Shown: positions 9,166-18,421, counted from the first letter of the stretch. The stretch is DNA of 64,000 nucleotides from a virus (IMGVR_UViG_3300010371_000002:1-64000); one strand, 5' to 3'. Notes: generated by a model not told the origin, from the letters alone. Numbers and translations: made by a program.

Positions 9166-9180
9166 CGCAGGAGAGAAACT

Positions 9181-9429
9181 ATGTCCGATCAGCAGAATAT
9201 ATTAGGGGCAATTGCCGCCATGGATAACCGCGACTATATCACGCCGGAGGATGTCAACATCGCACTCAAAGACAATCCTGCGGACATCGTGCGGCTGCAC
9301 ACCTTGCATGTGCTCGGGAAACAGGCTGGCATTGGAGCGGAAGATCCTGGGTTATGCGCTTTTGTTGCTTGGGTCGGGGTTTATGAGCCGGAGGTTGATG
9401 AAGAAGAGACAGGGAGCAACGATGATTAG
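9181..9429 (+). CDS. Hypothetical protein
   Basis: AGGAGA RBS, start MSDQQN. Confidence 0.6.
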   Translation: MSDQQNILGAIAAMDNRDYITPEDVNIALKDNPADIVRLHTLHVLGKQAGIGAEDPGLCAFVAWVGVYEPEVDEEETGSNDD

Positions 9430-9604
9430 TCCAATGCAACTATTGATAGTGTTCGTGATTCTTGTCGGGATCGGGTTTCTATCAATGCCGATGCTTACCA
9501 ACCAACTCGACGGTGTAAGTTGGTTTATGGGGTTCTTGCTCGCCGGATGCTGTTGGGTCGCCGCCTACACGATCTACTGGTTCGATGTGAAAATGAACGG
9601 ATGA
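9422..9604 (+). CDS. Small two-TM membrane protein
   Basis: Two hydrophobic stretches; GGGAG RBS. Confidence 0.55.
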   Translation: MISPMQLLIVFVILVGIGFLSMPMLTNQLDGVSWFMGFLLAGCCWVAAYTIYWFDVKMNG

Positions 9605-9607
9605 ATC

Positions 9608-9799
9608 ATGAGAGTTTCAGAGCTTATTGAAATCTTGGCAAAATGCCCTGCTGACCAAAAAATCGTTGTTCTGGATCAGGGATTCTTAAAAGAGATCCGG
9701 GCTATCGTGCAATACAATGCCGATAACCCCATTGGCGAGAACGATGAAGTTATTGCCATTGAGTTTCAGAAGGCACACAAGAAGCCAACCGCAAATTGA
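9608..9799 (+). CDS. Hypothetical protein
   Basis: MRVSELIEILAKCPAD start typical of small phage proteins. Confidence 0.6.
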   Translation: MRVSELIEILAKCPADQKIVVLDQGFLKEIRAIVQYNADNPIGENDEVIAIEFQKAHKKPTAN

Positions 9800-9812
9800 A
9801 GGAGAAATTATT

Positions 9813-10262
9813 GTGATGACGGCTGAACCACAAACACCACAGCAGGAATTACAAAACCGAATCGAAGGTCTGCGGGATGATTTTATCAGGGATTGTGAGA
9901 GGAAGCTCTCATCGTTGAAGAGTGTCACCGTAGACCACGAGATCATCGAAGAAATCGGCAGTATAAGCCGCGAGATTGAGGAAACAATCTATAAGATCGA
10001 GCGCCAAATGGAGATCCGAGATGGGGTTTCGGAGTATTCCCATATGATCGGATCGCAACTCTCATATGCGGTGAAATGCGGGGATTCAGACCGAATTCGA
10101 AAGCTCATCGCTCAGCCAGCCGCCATTGGGAACTGGGCGTGGGCAGAGATTGTTGCGGAGGTCGATCGCACTGGGGATCGGAGCGGTTTGGAGTTGTTAT
10201 CTCCCAATGCGCGGTCAATCGCGAACAATATTCTCGTGGCGCTTGGGCATTGTCCACAATGA
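9813..10262 (+). CDS. Hypothetical protein
   Basis: AAGGAG RBS; last gene of the rightward operon. Confidence 0.6.
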   Translation: MMTAEPQTPQQELQNRIEGLRDDFIRDCERKLSSLKSVTVDHEIIEEIGSISREIEETIYKIERQMEIRDGVSEYSHMIGSQLSYAVKCGDSDRIRKLIAQPAAIGNWAWAEIVAEVDRTGDRSGLELLSPNARSIANNILVALGHCPQ

Positions 10263-10273
10263 TTGGGCAATAG

Positions 10274-10302
10274 GGCGCGACGGGTATTGAACCTGTCGCG
10301 CC
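10274..10302. terminator. Hairpin between convergent operons
   Basis: GGCGCGACGGG-TATTGAA-CCTGTCGCGCC, 11-bp stem with one G-U pair. Confidence 0.55.
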
Positions 10303-10346
10303 TCTGGTTATAGGGATAGTTGGCGTCCATCGGGATTGTACCGTTG

Positions 10347-10952
10347 TCAAGACGAAATCTGCCACGTGATTCCGGTGTCCTGAACGGTGTCCCAATCCAC
10401 GTCAATCCCATGCCATTTCCCGACGCTGCCCTGCACCACGTCCGCATCCGGCTTCCAGTCAGCCCACCCCGGGAAACCTTTCGACTGACTGAGCCATCCG
10501 GCGTCATGGATCAGGCCGAGTTCGCTCAATCGCCGGAGGACCGCGCCCGAACCGTAGGCGCTCGCCAAGTACCCGCCAGCCTTCACGTCGCTATGCACGA
10601 TGGTTGCGTACCGGACAGCGACATCCACAGAGATATCGCCGTCATAGGCAAAGACGATCAGGGAGCCTTTTGGCTGCCCAATACTTGATGCTTTCGCGAC
10701 CGCGCCTCCTGCATCGAAATGCGCGGCCTCGTTGGTGAAATAGCTGTCCTGGTTCGGATAGCCGTTTTCCCAGATCGTCGCCACGCGAATTCCGGCCTTC
10801 GAGAGCGCAAGCGCCTCGGCATGGGTCAGCGGAACCTTGAAGCCGCTGCTGTGGAAGATGTATCGCAGAACGGCGCCGAATCCCTCGGATTTGAGTTGGG
10901 CGATATGCGGTGTAGAATCGATGTAACAGTCGAGTGCCTTGATGCTGGTCAT
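10347..10952 (-). CDS. Endolysin, DUF1906 (Rv2525c-like, GH25-like) glycoside hydrolase
   Basis: ALD...GFGAVLRY...LTHAEA..L..AGI.VATIWE...IVFAYD.D...AYGS...W....DVDWD; AGGAG RBS. Confidence 0.8.
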   Translation of the reverse strand: MTSIKALDCYIDSTPHIAQLKSEGFGAVLRYIFHSSGFKVPLTHAEALALSKAGIRVATIWENGYPNQDSYFTNEAAHFDAGGAVAKASSIGQPKGSLIVFAYDGDISVDVAVRYATIVHSDVKAGGYLASAYGSGAVLRRLSELGLIHDAGWLSQSKGFPGWADWKPDADVVQGSVGKWHGIDVDWDTVQDTGITWQISS

Positions 10953-11019
10953 GGGGAGTCTCCTGACATGGAAAAGGGCCGCGCACTGGCGACCCGTAGA
11001 AAGCAGAATGATTTGAAAA

Positions 11020-11058
11020 TGCCAGTGAATGTATAGGTGTCCGATACATTCACTGGCA
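11020..11058. repeat. 15-bp perfect inverted repeat with 9-bp spacer
   Basis: TGCCAGTGAATGTAT-aggtgtccg-ATACATTCACTGGCA. Confidence 0.85.
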
Positions 11059-11098
11059 AACATTCTTGAACTTGATGTGGTGATGGAGAACTATTTCA

Positions 11099-11701
11099 AT
11101 GAGAAAGCTATGTGCGGCGTGCCATGAGGCGCGAGTAGAACTCGGCTGCACGGAGCAGCACGATTTTGGAACTTACGTCATGCACTGCGATGGTTGCGGG
11201 AAATGCGTTCCGGTTAGCTACTGCTCTTTCGAATTGCTGAGCGAGAAGATATCCCGGGAACTCCGGGAAGCTGCAGGGATGAAGATCGTCAACGAAGCGA
11301 TCCTGAAATGTGGCGAGGTTCAGGCGATGCTGGACCGGTTGGGTGAGAACATAAGAGTATCGAGCGCGAAGATGAGCCTGGGACAAACGCTTCATTCCCT
11401 GCGTGTTCTCCGGGATGGCGTTGACCCGAATATGCGGTTCAAGCCGCCGGTCACGGAAATTCGCGGGGACGATCTTGGGCGCGTCATCGCAAATGCACGA
11501 GGCCGCAGGAGTGTATGGACGAAATCCAAGGGCATGGTCCGCACAGACCACCAATGCATGGGGTGCGGCAAGGCCATTCGCAAAGGGATCCCCGTTTATC
11601 GATCCGTGACGCATGGAATCCCTGTGGAGTGGGTTCTGTGCGAGGAGTGTTGCGAATCTCCGAAGGGAGTTTCATTAGACCGGCCGCCGCTCGGACTTTA
11701 A
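11099..11701 (+). CDS. Cys-rich multi-Zn-finger protein (moron, opposite strand)
   Basis: CAAC, CDGC, CMGC and CEEC motifs; GGAGA RBS. Confidence 0.65.
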   Translation: MRKLCAACHEARVELGCTEQHDFGTYVMHCDGCGKCVPVSYCSFELLSEKISRELREAAGMKIVNEAILKCGEVQAMLDRLGENIRVSSAKMSLGQTLHSLRVLRDGVDPNMRFKPPVTEIRGDDLGRVIANARGRRSVWTKSKGMVRTDHQCMGCGKAIRKGIPVYRSVTHGIPVEWVLCEECCESPKGVSLDRPPLGL

Positions 11702-11723
11702 GCACTGAATGTAAAGTCCGACT

Positions 11724-13238
11724 TTACATCGAAGCGGGAATATGATCTGGCGGCATGTTGAAGACGGCGGTACCGACAAGTCCGGTCTCGCCGCTCCACA
11801 CATAGGCTTCAGCGGACCGGACAGCCCCGACGTACCCCGACCGCGCGTGCCAAGCGTCAGGAGGACACAGAGAAGGCAGAACCCGTACTCTGAACCCTGC
11901 CACATCCTCGGCACTTAACCTATGAAAATGTCCGATGTGACATTCCCTCCAGTGTGCAGCAGCCCACATTTGGGGACGTTCGGCGGCGGCGATATTGGCA
12001 AGCTTGCTGTGCGGCTTCTCTTCCTTGCCATGAGTAAAGACCAGCAGCGTCTTCCCAAAAGCGTAATATTTGCGGGGAAAGGGTTCATTGTCGATCGCCA
12101 CATCATCGGCGTGCCGGAAGTGGGCTTTCAAGACCTCGCCAAGCGTCCAGGCGCTCAGATAGTCGTGATTACCCCGTACCACAACAACATCCACGGACGC
12201 CCGTAACCGAAGCTGCTCCACACCCCACACCAGCATCTCAAACGCCTCCACGAACGCCTTCTCATACCGCGTATCAACGTCTTGAGGCGTACCATGTGCC
12301 GTGTGTCCGGCAGAATCGTCTGCGTTTAGCAAATCGTTTCCCACAACGAAGAGAATTCGCGCCAACGGATAAACTGCCGTCTTTGCGAGCAGATCCAATA
12401 ATGCACGCTTGAAGGTGTCCACGGCGATGCGGCAGTCATAGTTCGCGCCGGTCTCGGGTGCCCATGAGAGTTTCCGCAAATGGACGTCCGGGATGGAGAT
12501 TTCCAGCAGGCAACCTTCGCCCTCATAGGATGGTTTGAGCGCCAATCTGGGATATCTTGGGGCATGTTCCCCTGCGCGCTCGATAATCCCCTCAATAGCA
12601 CGCCGAATACACTGTGCCTCCCTGTTCGCCACAAGCTCTGCAGACACACTGTAGAGCTGTCTGAGAATGGGAGTGGTGTCTTTTAGCTTCCACCCTTCCT
12701 CTGTGCTTCCTTCGGGGCGTGGGGCAATCGCCATCTGCCAGGCTTTACACTTCCATCGTTTGACGGTCCAATCGACCGGATCAGCCCCGCACACCTCAAG
12801 CAGTTCCTCCAGGGTTTTGACTTCCCGGTCCACAGTCCGGGTCGCCCGCCATGTCTCCCCCGAATACTCATCCTCCGACACAGGAATCTCTTTGCCCAAG
12901 GATGCTTTATGTGGGGATTCCTTTGGGGGTACGGTGTCTGGAATTCTCACCGGGGTTTCTCTTGGTTCAGCGCCTTTGATGGCGGCCTCTCTGCCCCACC
13001 GACTGCGCCACTCACGGGCGGCTGGCGGGAGCTCGTCAGCCCGGTATGGATAATCCTCCACGATGCCGCCCGCATCCAGGATATGTTCGGCCTTCATCTT
13101 CCAGTGCGAGAGGGTCTGGGAATGGACACCCGCGACTTCGACCCATTCACTGCGGCTACTGTTATCCCAGAGTCCGCGGGCGAGGTAATCCAGGAACGCC
13201 CGAAAGAGAGGGCGTTTTTCCAAAGGTGGTGTCGGCAT
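11724..13238 (-). CDS. Calcineurin-like metallophosphoesterase with N-terminal HTH-like region
   Basis: PDVH, GND, GNHD, THG and GHFH motifs. Confidence 0.85.
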   Translation of the reverse strand: MPTPPLEKRPLFRAFLDYLARGLWDNSSRSEWVEVAGVHSQTLSHWKMKAEHILDAGGIVEDYPYRADELPPAAREWRSRWGREAAIKGAEPRETPVRIPDTVPPKESPHKASLGKEIPVSEDEYSGETWRATRTVDREVKTLEELLEVCGADPVDWTVKRWKCKAWQMAIAPRPEGSTEEGWKLKDTTPILRQLYSVSAELVANREAQCIRRAIEGIIERAGEHAPRYPRLALKPSYEGEGCLLEISIPDVHLRKLSWAPETGANYDCRIAVDTFKRALLDLLAKTAVYPLARILFVVGNDLLNADDSAGHTAHGTPQDVDTRYEKAFVEAFEMLVWGVEQLRLRASVDVVVVRGNHDYLSAWTLGEVLKAHFRHADDVAIDNEPFPRKYYAFGKTLLVFTHGKEEKPHSKLANIAAAERPQMWAAAHWRECHIGHFHRLSAEDVAGFRVRVLPSLCPPDAWHARSGYVGAVRSAEAYVWSGETGLVGTAVFNMPPDHIPASM

Positions 13239-13277
13239 GTCGTACTCCGATCTAGTGTCGGCCGTTGGGATTCGGCT

Positions 13278-13940
13278 CTATTCCGATTTCGGGTCGTATT
13301 GCGTGCACATGTGGGCGCATTCAAAGTAACCCGCTCCATCAGTAAAGCTGTCCCGCAGTGAAGGAGTTTTCACAGCCCGAGTTGCTTTCAGCCCGGTCAT
13401 CATGAGACACGCGACACTCGGGTCAATATCGGGAATGGGTGCGGTCAGGATGCCCGGGTGATGGTTCTCAAGCCAGTGAGTGAGCAGGGCGGCCCAGATG
13501 CGACCGTTGCAGGCATAGTCTTCGGCAGGATGCCCGTAGGCAGTTCCCCGATTCCCATGAACCAACCCCTGTGCCTCCTGCAAGATTGATTCACAGGGTT
13601 CAGGAGTGTCCTTGATCGGTTCCAGTCTTTCGGCATCTACCAACGGCATATCGAGAGCGCGGGCGACATAGACTTCGATTTGAGCGCCTTTGCTGTTTCG
13701 CCAACCGGGAAGCAGGGCCACCACGTCGGCTTGTACGAGCATCCTGAGTGCCTTACGCATGTAGTAACCCCAGGATTGAGCAGTACTCCCGCCATCCGTC
13801 TCCGCAGGGTTCAAGACATGGAATCCCTCGTGCCGGAGTTTGGCCGCCGTAGAATTGAAGGCGTCGAAATTATAATTCGGCAATCCGGTCATGGGGCCTG
13901 CAATGTAGATGGTCTGGTCATCGGCAGGGTTCAGGGGCAT
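13278..13940 (-). CDS. DUF4406 (nucleoside deoxyribosyltransferase-like) fused to DUF6378
   Basis: IYIAGPMTG..NF.AF...LNPAE...LLPGWRNSKGA.IE; then SILQEA..LV.GNR..AYGHP...LK..R...DS..D.AGY. Confidence 0.8.
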   Translation of the reverse strand: MPLNPADDQTIYIAGPMTGLPNYNFDAFNSTAAKLRHEGFHVLNPAETDGGSTAQSWGYYMRKALRMLVQADVVALLPGWRNSKGAQIEVYVARALDMPLVDAERLEPIKDTPEPCESILQEAQGLVHGNRGTAYGHPAEDYACNGRIWAALLTHWLENHHPGILTAPIPDIDPSVACLMMTGLKATRAVKTPSLRDSFTDGAGYFECAHMCTQYDPKSE

Positions 13941-14142
13941 ACGGCACCTCAAAAGGCAGGATGGAGCATCAAAAAAGGCGGGTCAATAGCCGGAAAGGTC
14001 GGTATGGGCGGCATCACCGACAATCGCGGGAAACAGGATTGCGGCGGCGAGCATCGTCGCCGCGAGAATGAGCAAGAGTTGGTATAGAAGGAGGCCACGT
14101 TGCCGCCGGTGCTGATAACACATGGCGGTCTCCGGTATAGGG

Positions 14143-14595
14143 TCAATCTTGTTTTGGATCGCGCTCCAGGGATTCGGCTCGGTAGACGCCCGCATAATCA
14201 GTGAGGCGCTTCGGGTCCGGCGTCAGCGGATCAAGAACGGTACCGTCTTTCAGTATGATAACGCGATGGCCGAATATGGACGTCGGGTTCACCATGATAG
14301 AGCAAAGATGCAGGTCTGCCCAGGGTGGCGGAGGCCATCCCGTGAACGGACACTCACCATCGCCATACCAGCGGAACTTCTCGCCTCCAGCCCAACGGAT
14401 CGCGGTCTGGAAACGGTAGCCGTTGGCGTTCAGGTATTCCTGCTCATCGTAGGCACTCACGGCGTTTCCGTCGAACTTGATCTCAGTGCGAACGACCGAA
14501 TATGGCTTGCCGGTCAACATGGCGAGACAAGCCACTATGCAGCCGAGAGGGTCTTCCTGCCCAACCCATCGGATCGATTCTGTTGTTACGGACAT
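14143..14595 (-). CDS. C39-like (papain-fold) cysteine peptidase
   Basis: Q-EDPLG-C-IVACLAM, GH-RVI, VL-D-P catalytic pattern. Confidence 0.7.
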   Translation of the reverse strand: MSVTTESIRWVGQEDPLGCIVACLAMLTGKPYSVVRTEIKFDGNAVSAYDEQEYLNANGYRFQTAIRWAGGEKFRWYGDGECPFTGWPPPPWADLHLCSIMVNPTSIFGHRVIILKDGTVLDPLTPDPKRLTDYAGVYRAESLERDPKQD

Positions 14596-14681
14596 TGCGA
14601 CTCCTTACGGCCGACGAAATGACCAGATAAGCGCGACGAACAACACACCAAACCCGAACCACGTAGCCGCAATGATTCCGT

Positions 14682-15080
14682 TCATGGTATTACCGTGCAT
14701 TTCGCGGGATCGAGCGGGCAGAAGAAGGTGTAGTCCACGGCATCCCCGACTCCCATCTCACGCAGCGGGTGCGGGTCCCAGACGATCTTCCCTTGATGGC
14801 AAACGACCGCATGGGTGCCGCTGAATCGCGGTGATCGGGCGGCCATGATGTAGTAACCTGGGAAAGTGCGCACGGTTGTCTCTTCGTGGCCGACGGCAAT
14901 TTCCATCATGCAGAGATTGCGCTCAGCCAGCCATCGGTCATACTCATCGCCCCAGTATTTCTCACCGTGCGCATTCCAGTCCGGCACCTCGGAGAGTGGC
15001 ACTTCGAAGATGCTTGCGAGACATGCTTGCCAGCAGTTGCCGAAGCCGATTTCCGTGCGGGTTTGCTCGACAGGGATCAT
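14682..15080 (-). CDS. C39-like (papain-fold) cysteine peptidase
   Basis: EQT...GN-C-WQACLAS, TH-AVV, VW-D-P. Confidence 0.7.
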   Translation of the reverse strand: MIPVEQTRTEIGFGNCWQACLASIFEVPLSEVPDWNAHGEKYWGDEYDRWLAERNLCMMEIAVGHEETTVRTFPGYYIMAARSPRFSGTHAVVCHQGKIVWDPHPLREMGVGDAVDYTFFCPLDPAKCTVIP

Positions 15081-15259
15081 GACGCCACCTCTCGGGTTCC
15101 GTCCGGGTTCTCCGTAACAACGGGAAATTGCAACTTCCCATCAGTGCCAAAATACTCTTCGGTCACACTCCCATCGGGATGCGTGATAGTCTTCAGTGTC
15201 CGTCCGTCCGACAGCACAACAGATGTTTCGGTGTCAGCAACAGGCATATTTTCAGCCAT
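15077..15259 (-). CDS. Small hypothetical protein
   Basis: GAGGAG RBS; repeated xDGx beta-hairpins. Confidence 0.55.
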   Translation of the reverse strand: MAENMPVADTETSVVLSDGRTLKTITHPDGSVTEEYFGTDGKLQFPVVTENPDGTREVAS

Positions 15260-15354
15260 GTCAATTCTCCTCGTGGTGGAAAATATAATTGCGATTCATT
15301 GGAGCCTGTCAAGCTGTTACACTCAACAGGCTCCAGGGATTCAACGGGTAAGCG

Positions 15355-15552
15355 CTACGATGCGGGTTTATCCTTGGGGGACCGCATGTAGCCGAGAATG
15401 AGCGCAATGGCGATACTGCGAAGATCGGTCATGCTGATATGGCCGGTCTTCTGGTAGAGGGTGATGGCGTTCTGTGCAAAGACCACCACGACGCCCCAGA
15501 TCGTAAGCAGGGCCGCATGGTGACTCTTGAAGAAGCCCTTGATGAAGTTCAT
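15355..15552 (-). CDS. Putative holin
   Basis: 65 aa, two hydrophobic segments, basic C-terminus; located after the tail genes. Confidence 0.55.
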   Translation of the reverse strand: MNFIKGFFKSHHAALLTIWGVVVVFAQNAITLYQKTGHISMTDLRSIAIALILGYMRSPKDKPAS

Positions 15553-15559
15553 GGTAGCC

Positions 15560-16024
15560 TCAGTCCACTGTGGGATTATCGGTCGCCCCGGCGTTAAGCC
15601 CCATCGCGGAACTGCCGTCACCGGATGGATCGGAGGAGCCAGACTCTCCAGCGGCATTGGCGCCGACGGCTCCGGGTTCGGGAAACTGGCTGGTGATATC
15701 CACCTGACCTCCCGTGAGGGTCTTCAGGTAAGCCGCCAGATCAGCATCCAGAACGGCGTCGTCCTTCGCGGGAAGACCGGCTGCCGTGAGTTCCTGGTTG
15801 ATGAACGAAATCACGCCTGCCGCAATCTTGCGGATCTCGGTGAGGGCGGCGGCGTCGAGCGTGGTTTCGACGGTGGTGGTGACATTGGCCGGAATGAGCC
15901 CGACCACGGTGTTGACGGTCTGGACGACCTGCCCGACGACAGGGATGGAGTTCAGTTTCTTCGCTAGGTCGGGACCTTTTTTGACGCCGACAAGCTGGTC
16001 TTCGAGCCAGATAGGATCTGCCAT
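15560..16024 (-). CDS. Hypothetical protein in lysis region
   Basis: AAGGAG RBS, start MADPIW. Confidence 0.6.
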   Translation of the reverse strand: MADPIWLEDQLVGVKKGPDLAKKLNSIPVVGQVVQTVNTVVGLIPANVTTTVETTLDAAALTEIRKIAAGVISFINQELTAAGLPAKDDAVLDADLAAYLKTLTGGQVDITSQFPEPGAVGANAAGESGSSDPSGDGSSAMGLNAGATDNPTVD

Positions 16025-16082
16025 GATGATGTTTCTCCTTGGGAGTGTGTGTTTGAGATTGAGAATTGCGGAAAGATAGCTA

Positions 16083-16397
16083 TTATCGACCGGGCGGATT
16101 CGGGTGAGGATGGAATCCGTGGTTGGCGAGCCATGCGGCCAGCCAGCCGCCGAACGGTCCCAGGATAGCGATAAAGAAAGCGAACCGGCGTCGTTCGCCG
16201 CTCTCGATGACATCCACACGCCCCTTGACGGCCGCCATATCGACGCGCAGGTCCGTCACCGTGGCCGTGAGATCGTCAATTGATCCCTTGAGTTCGGCGT
16301 GCCCGGTGGTCTGTGCCTTTGTGGCGGCGGTATTTTCCTGGAACGCGGCAGTGTTCGCATGAAGGGCGGCGATCAGGTCGCGGTCACTCGGGTTCAT
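16083..16397 (-). CDS. Coiled-coil plus C-terminal TM protein (holin/XhlA-like)
   Basis: AAAGGA RBS; IDDLTATVTDLRVDMAAVKGRV followed by one TM helix. Confidence 0.6.
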   Translation of the reverse strand: MNPSDRDLIAALHANTAAFQENTAATKAQTTGHAELKGSIDDLTATVTDLRVDMAAVKGRVDVIESGERRRFAFFIAILGPFGGWLAAWLANHGFHPHPNPPGR

Positions 16398-16761
16398 CGG
16401 GGTAAGTCCTTTCAAGCCGATGTGAATATGTGCGGCCGGAAGGAAAGACCACCTATACTCAACATTGGCAATGATGCGCGGGTAACGGGCGCGGGAAGGG
16501 TAGTGGCGGCGGGGCGTGAGCAATGCCCTGACGCGATTGTAAGGGTAGGCGCAAAATATCCTGGAGAGATCACGGATATTTACGGTAAATTCGTGTCAGC
16601 GCGTCTGCTCGCTCAAAGCAGCCGCGTCAGCCTCCGTCAGGGTGTTCAAGCACACTGGCGGGGGCGCTCAGAAGTAAAATCCCAAGATGGTGCCAGGTGG
16701 CCGAGGGTGGCGACCGGCAAGTAGTACGAGGGGAAAAGGCTAATCTATACTGATCCCATTT

Positions 16762-16986
16762 TTAGGCGGGATTGCCTGATAGGTCGAACCGGCCAGTAGA
16801 ACACTCTATGAACGTCGTTTTGGTGCACGTGCAGTGAACCGGCACATCCAGGATTTTGGCTGCCCCGGAGTATGCTGCAGGGGCATACACTCTGACTGGA
16901 TTATGGTAGTGGGCAATCAGGTTGACCAGTGCGGTACGGATTTGCTCTTCACTTGGTTCAGGGATCTTGGGTACATATTCGGGCAT
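16762..16986 (-). CDS. Hypothetical protein
   Basis: AAAGGGG RBS; small ORF. Confidence 0.45.
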   Translation of the reverse strand: MPEYVPKIPEPSEEQIRTALVNLIAHYHNPVRVYAPAAYSGAAKILDVPVHCTCTKTTFIECSTGRFDLSGNPA

Positions 16987-17072
16987 AGTCGCCCCTTTCT
17001 ACACAAAAGGTCTATCAATGTGCGAATCGATAGACCTTTTGCCGTGGATGGATTGCGGCGGGAATCCCGGCT

Positions 17073-17714
17073 CTATGGAGTTGTGTAGGGCTGCAGGATT
17101 TGGATCAAGGCCGTTCCCTTGAAGGTATTGAAGGAACCATCGCTGAACTCCATGCGGACCTCATGAAGCGCGCGAGAAGCACGGGTCAGCGTGGCCCCCA
17201 CCCCGGGGACACTGACGAGCCCCAAGTTTGATTCCACGGTTTGATCCGCGATCGTCACGGCTGTTGTCAGCGCCAATGTTCCATCGGCATACTGGATATG
17301 CAAATAGCCGCCGGTCGCGGTACTGAGGTCCACGGGACTGCCTGTGCCGTCGGTCAAGACGGCCTGATAGGCTACCCCAGTATCTCCGCAGACGAACTGG
17401 CCGTTGCCCACAAGTGCGGCAGTAAGTGGCGGCGTGAGTGACAACGGAGACACAATGGTGTCGCTTGTGGTCGCCGATCGTGCGATCCCATTTCTCAGCC
17501 AGTTCCATTGATCCGAGATGGCTCCGATACTCATCCCGACTGGGAGTTGATCCGGCAGTTCGTAAGAGATTCTGTGGACGGTGGCGGCTCCAGTGGGTGA
17601 GATCGAGGCCGTGACTGGGCCATAGACATAACTGCCCTGCGTGCCCGTCAGAGTGGCGGCTGTCAGGGTGACCGATACCGTGTCGTTGACGATGATGGAG
17701 AGCGTCTGGCCCAT
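17073..17714 (-). CDS. Virion protein with BppU-like C-terminal domain
   Basis: GDT....AVLTDGTGSPVDLS.A...G.V...EV...FSDGS..TF. Confidence 0.6.
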   Translation of the reverse strand: MGQTLSIIVNDTVSVTLTAATLTGTQGSYVYGPVTASISPTGAATVHRISYELPDQLPVGMSIGAISDQWNWLRNGIARSATTSDTIVSPLSLTPPLTAALVGNGQFVCGDTGVAYQAVLTDGTGSPVDLSTATGGYLHIQYADGTLALTTAVTIADQTVESNLGLVSVPGVGATLTRASRALHEVRMEFSDGSFNTFKGTALIQILQPYTTP

Positions 17715-17716
17715 GG

Positions 17717-18364
17717 CTAATCCCCCTGGACAACGATTGTCGGCTGCACATCGGATGTGGAGGCCGGAAACGCCGGCAGATTGTCCGTCTTCGCCTTGAT
17801 TGCTGCGGATGTCGAAGCCGCACTCGTTGACTGAGTGGCCGCAGTGGCGGCGCTTGATGCCGCTGAGGTGGCTGCGCTGGCGGCCGTGGCTGCACTGGCG
17901 GCGGCGGATGCGGCCGCAGTCCCCACTCCCGAGACGCTCGTGTCGAGGTTGTCGAGCTTGCCCGCGCGTGTCGAGGTCAATCCCTGTGCCGTGAGCCCGG
18001 CCGGGACATCCGTCCCCGAGATGGCTGTATGCTCAGCCGCCGAAAGTGCGACCTGTCCGGCCGAGCTGATGCCGGAAACGATGCGCGAGCTGTCCAGGAC
18101 GCAGGTTCCATCGATATAGCGGTCTGAGGGATTCGCGAGGGCCGATGTCGCATCGATCTGCCACGAAACTTCGCCGTTTGCCTCCGCGTCGTAGCTAAAC
18201 TTGTATTGCCCCAGTCCTATCTCCGTGATGGAGGGCTGGGAAACGTTCGTGCCGTCGCTGAGCTTCTTGAACTGCGTGAAACTCAGCGAAAGTCCTGTTT
18301 TCCGGTTGTCCCCGGTCGTGATCGTGCTATCGCGCACGGCGACGGTATAAATGATCGTTGTCAC
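17717..18364 (-). CDS. Putative tail/virion fibre protein with Ala/Ser/Thr-rich linker
   Basis: TEIGLGQY, RAGKLDNLD, AAASAAASAAT repeats, AIKAKTDNLP. Confidence 0.65.
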   Translation of the reverse strand: MTTIIYTVAVRDSTITTGDNRKTGLSLSFTQFKKLSDGTNVSQPSITEIGLGQYKFSYDAEANGEVSWQIDATSALANPSDRYIDGTCVLDSSRIVSGISSAGQVALSAAEHTAISGTDVPAGLTAQGLTSTRAGKLDNLDTSVSGVGTAAASAAASAATAASAATSAASSAATAATQSTSAASTSAAIKAKTDNLPAFPASTSDVQPTIVVQGD

Positions 18365-18421
18365 CGATTCCTCCTGAAGCCCACATGGACCGTCCGTAAA
18401 TCAGCCGCTTGCCGGAGCGTG

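Noticed and set aside
17820-17920. GCGGC-rich short repeats
   Set aside because: Explained by the low-complexity Ala/Ser/Thr linker of the encoded protein.
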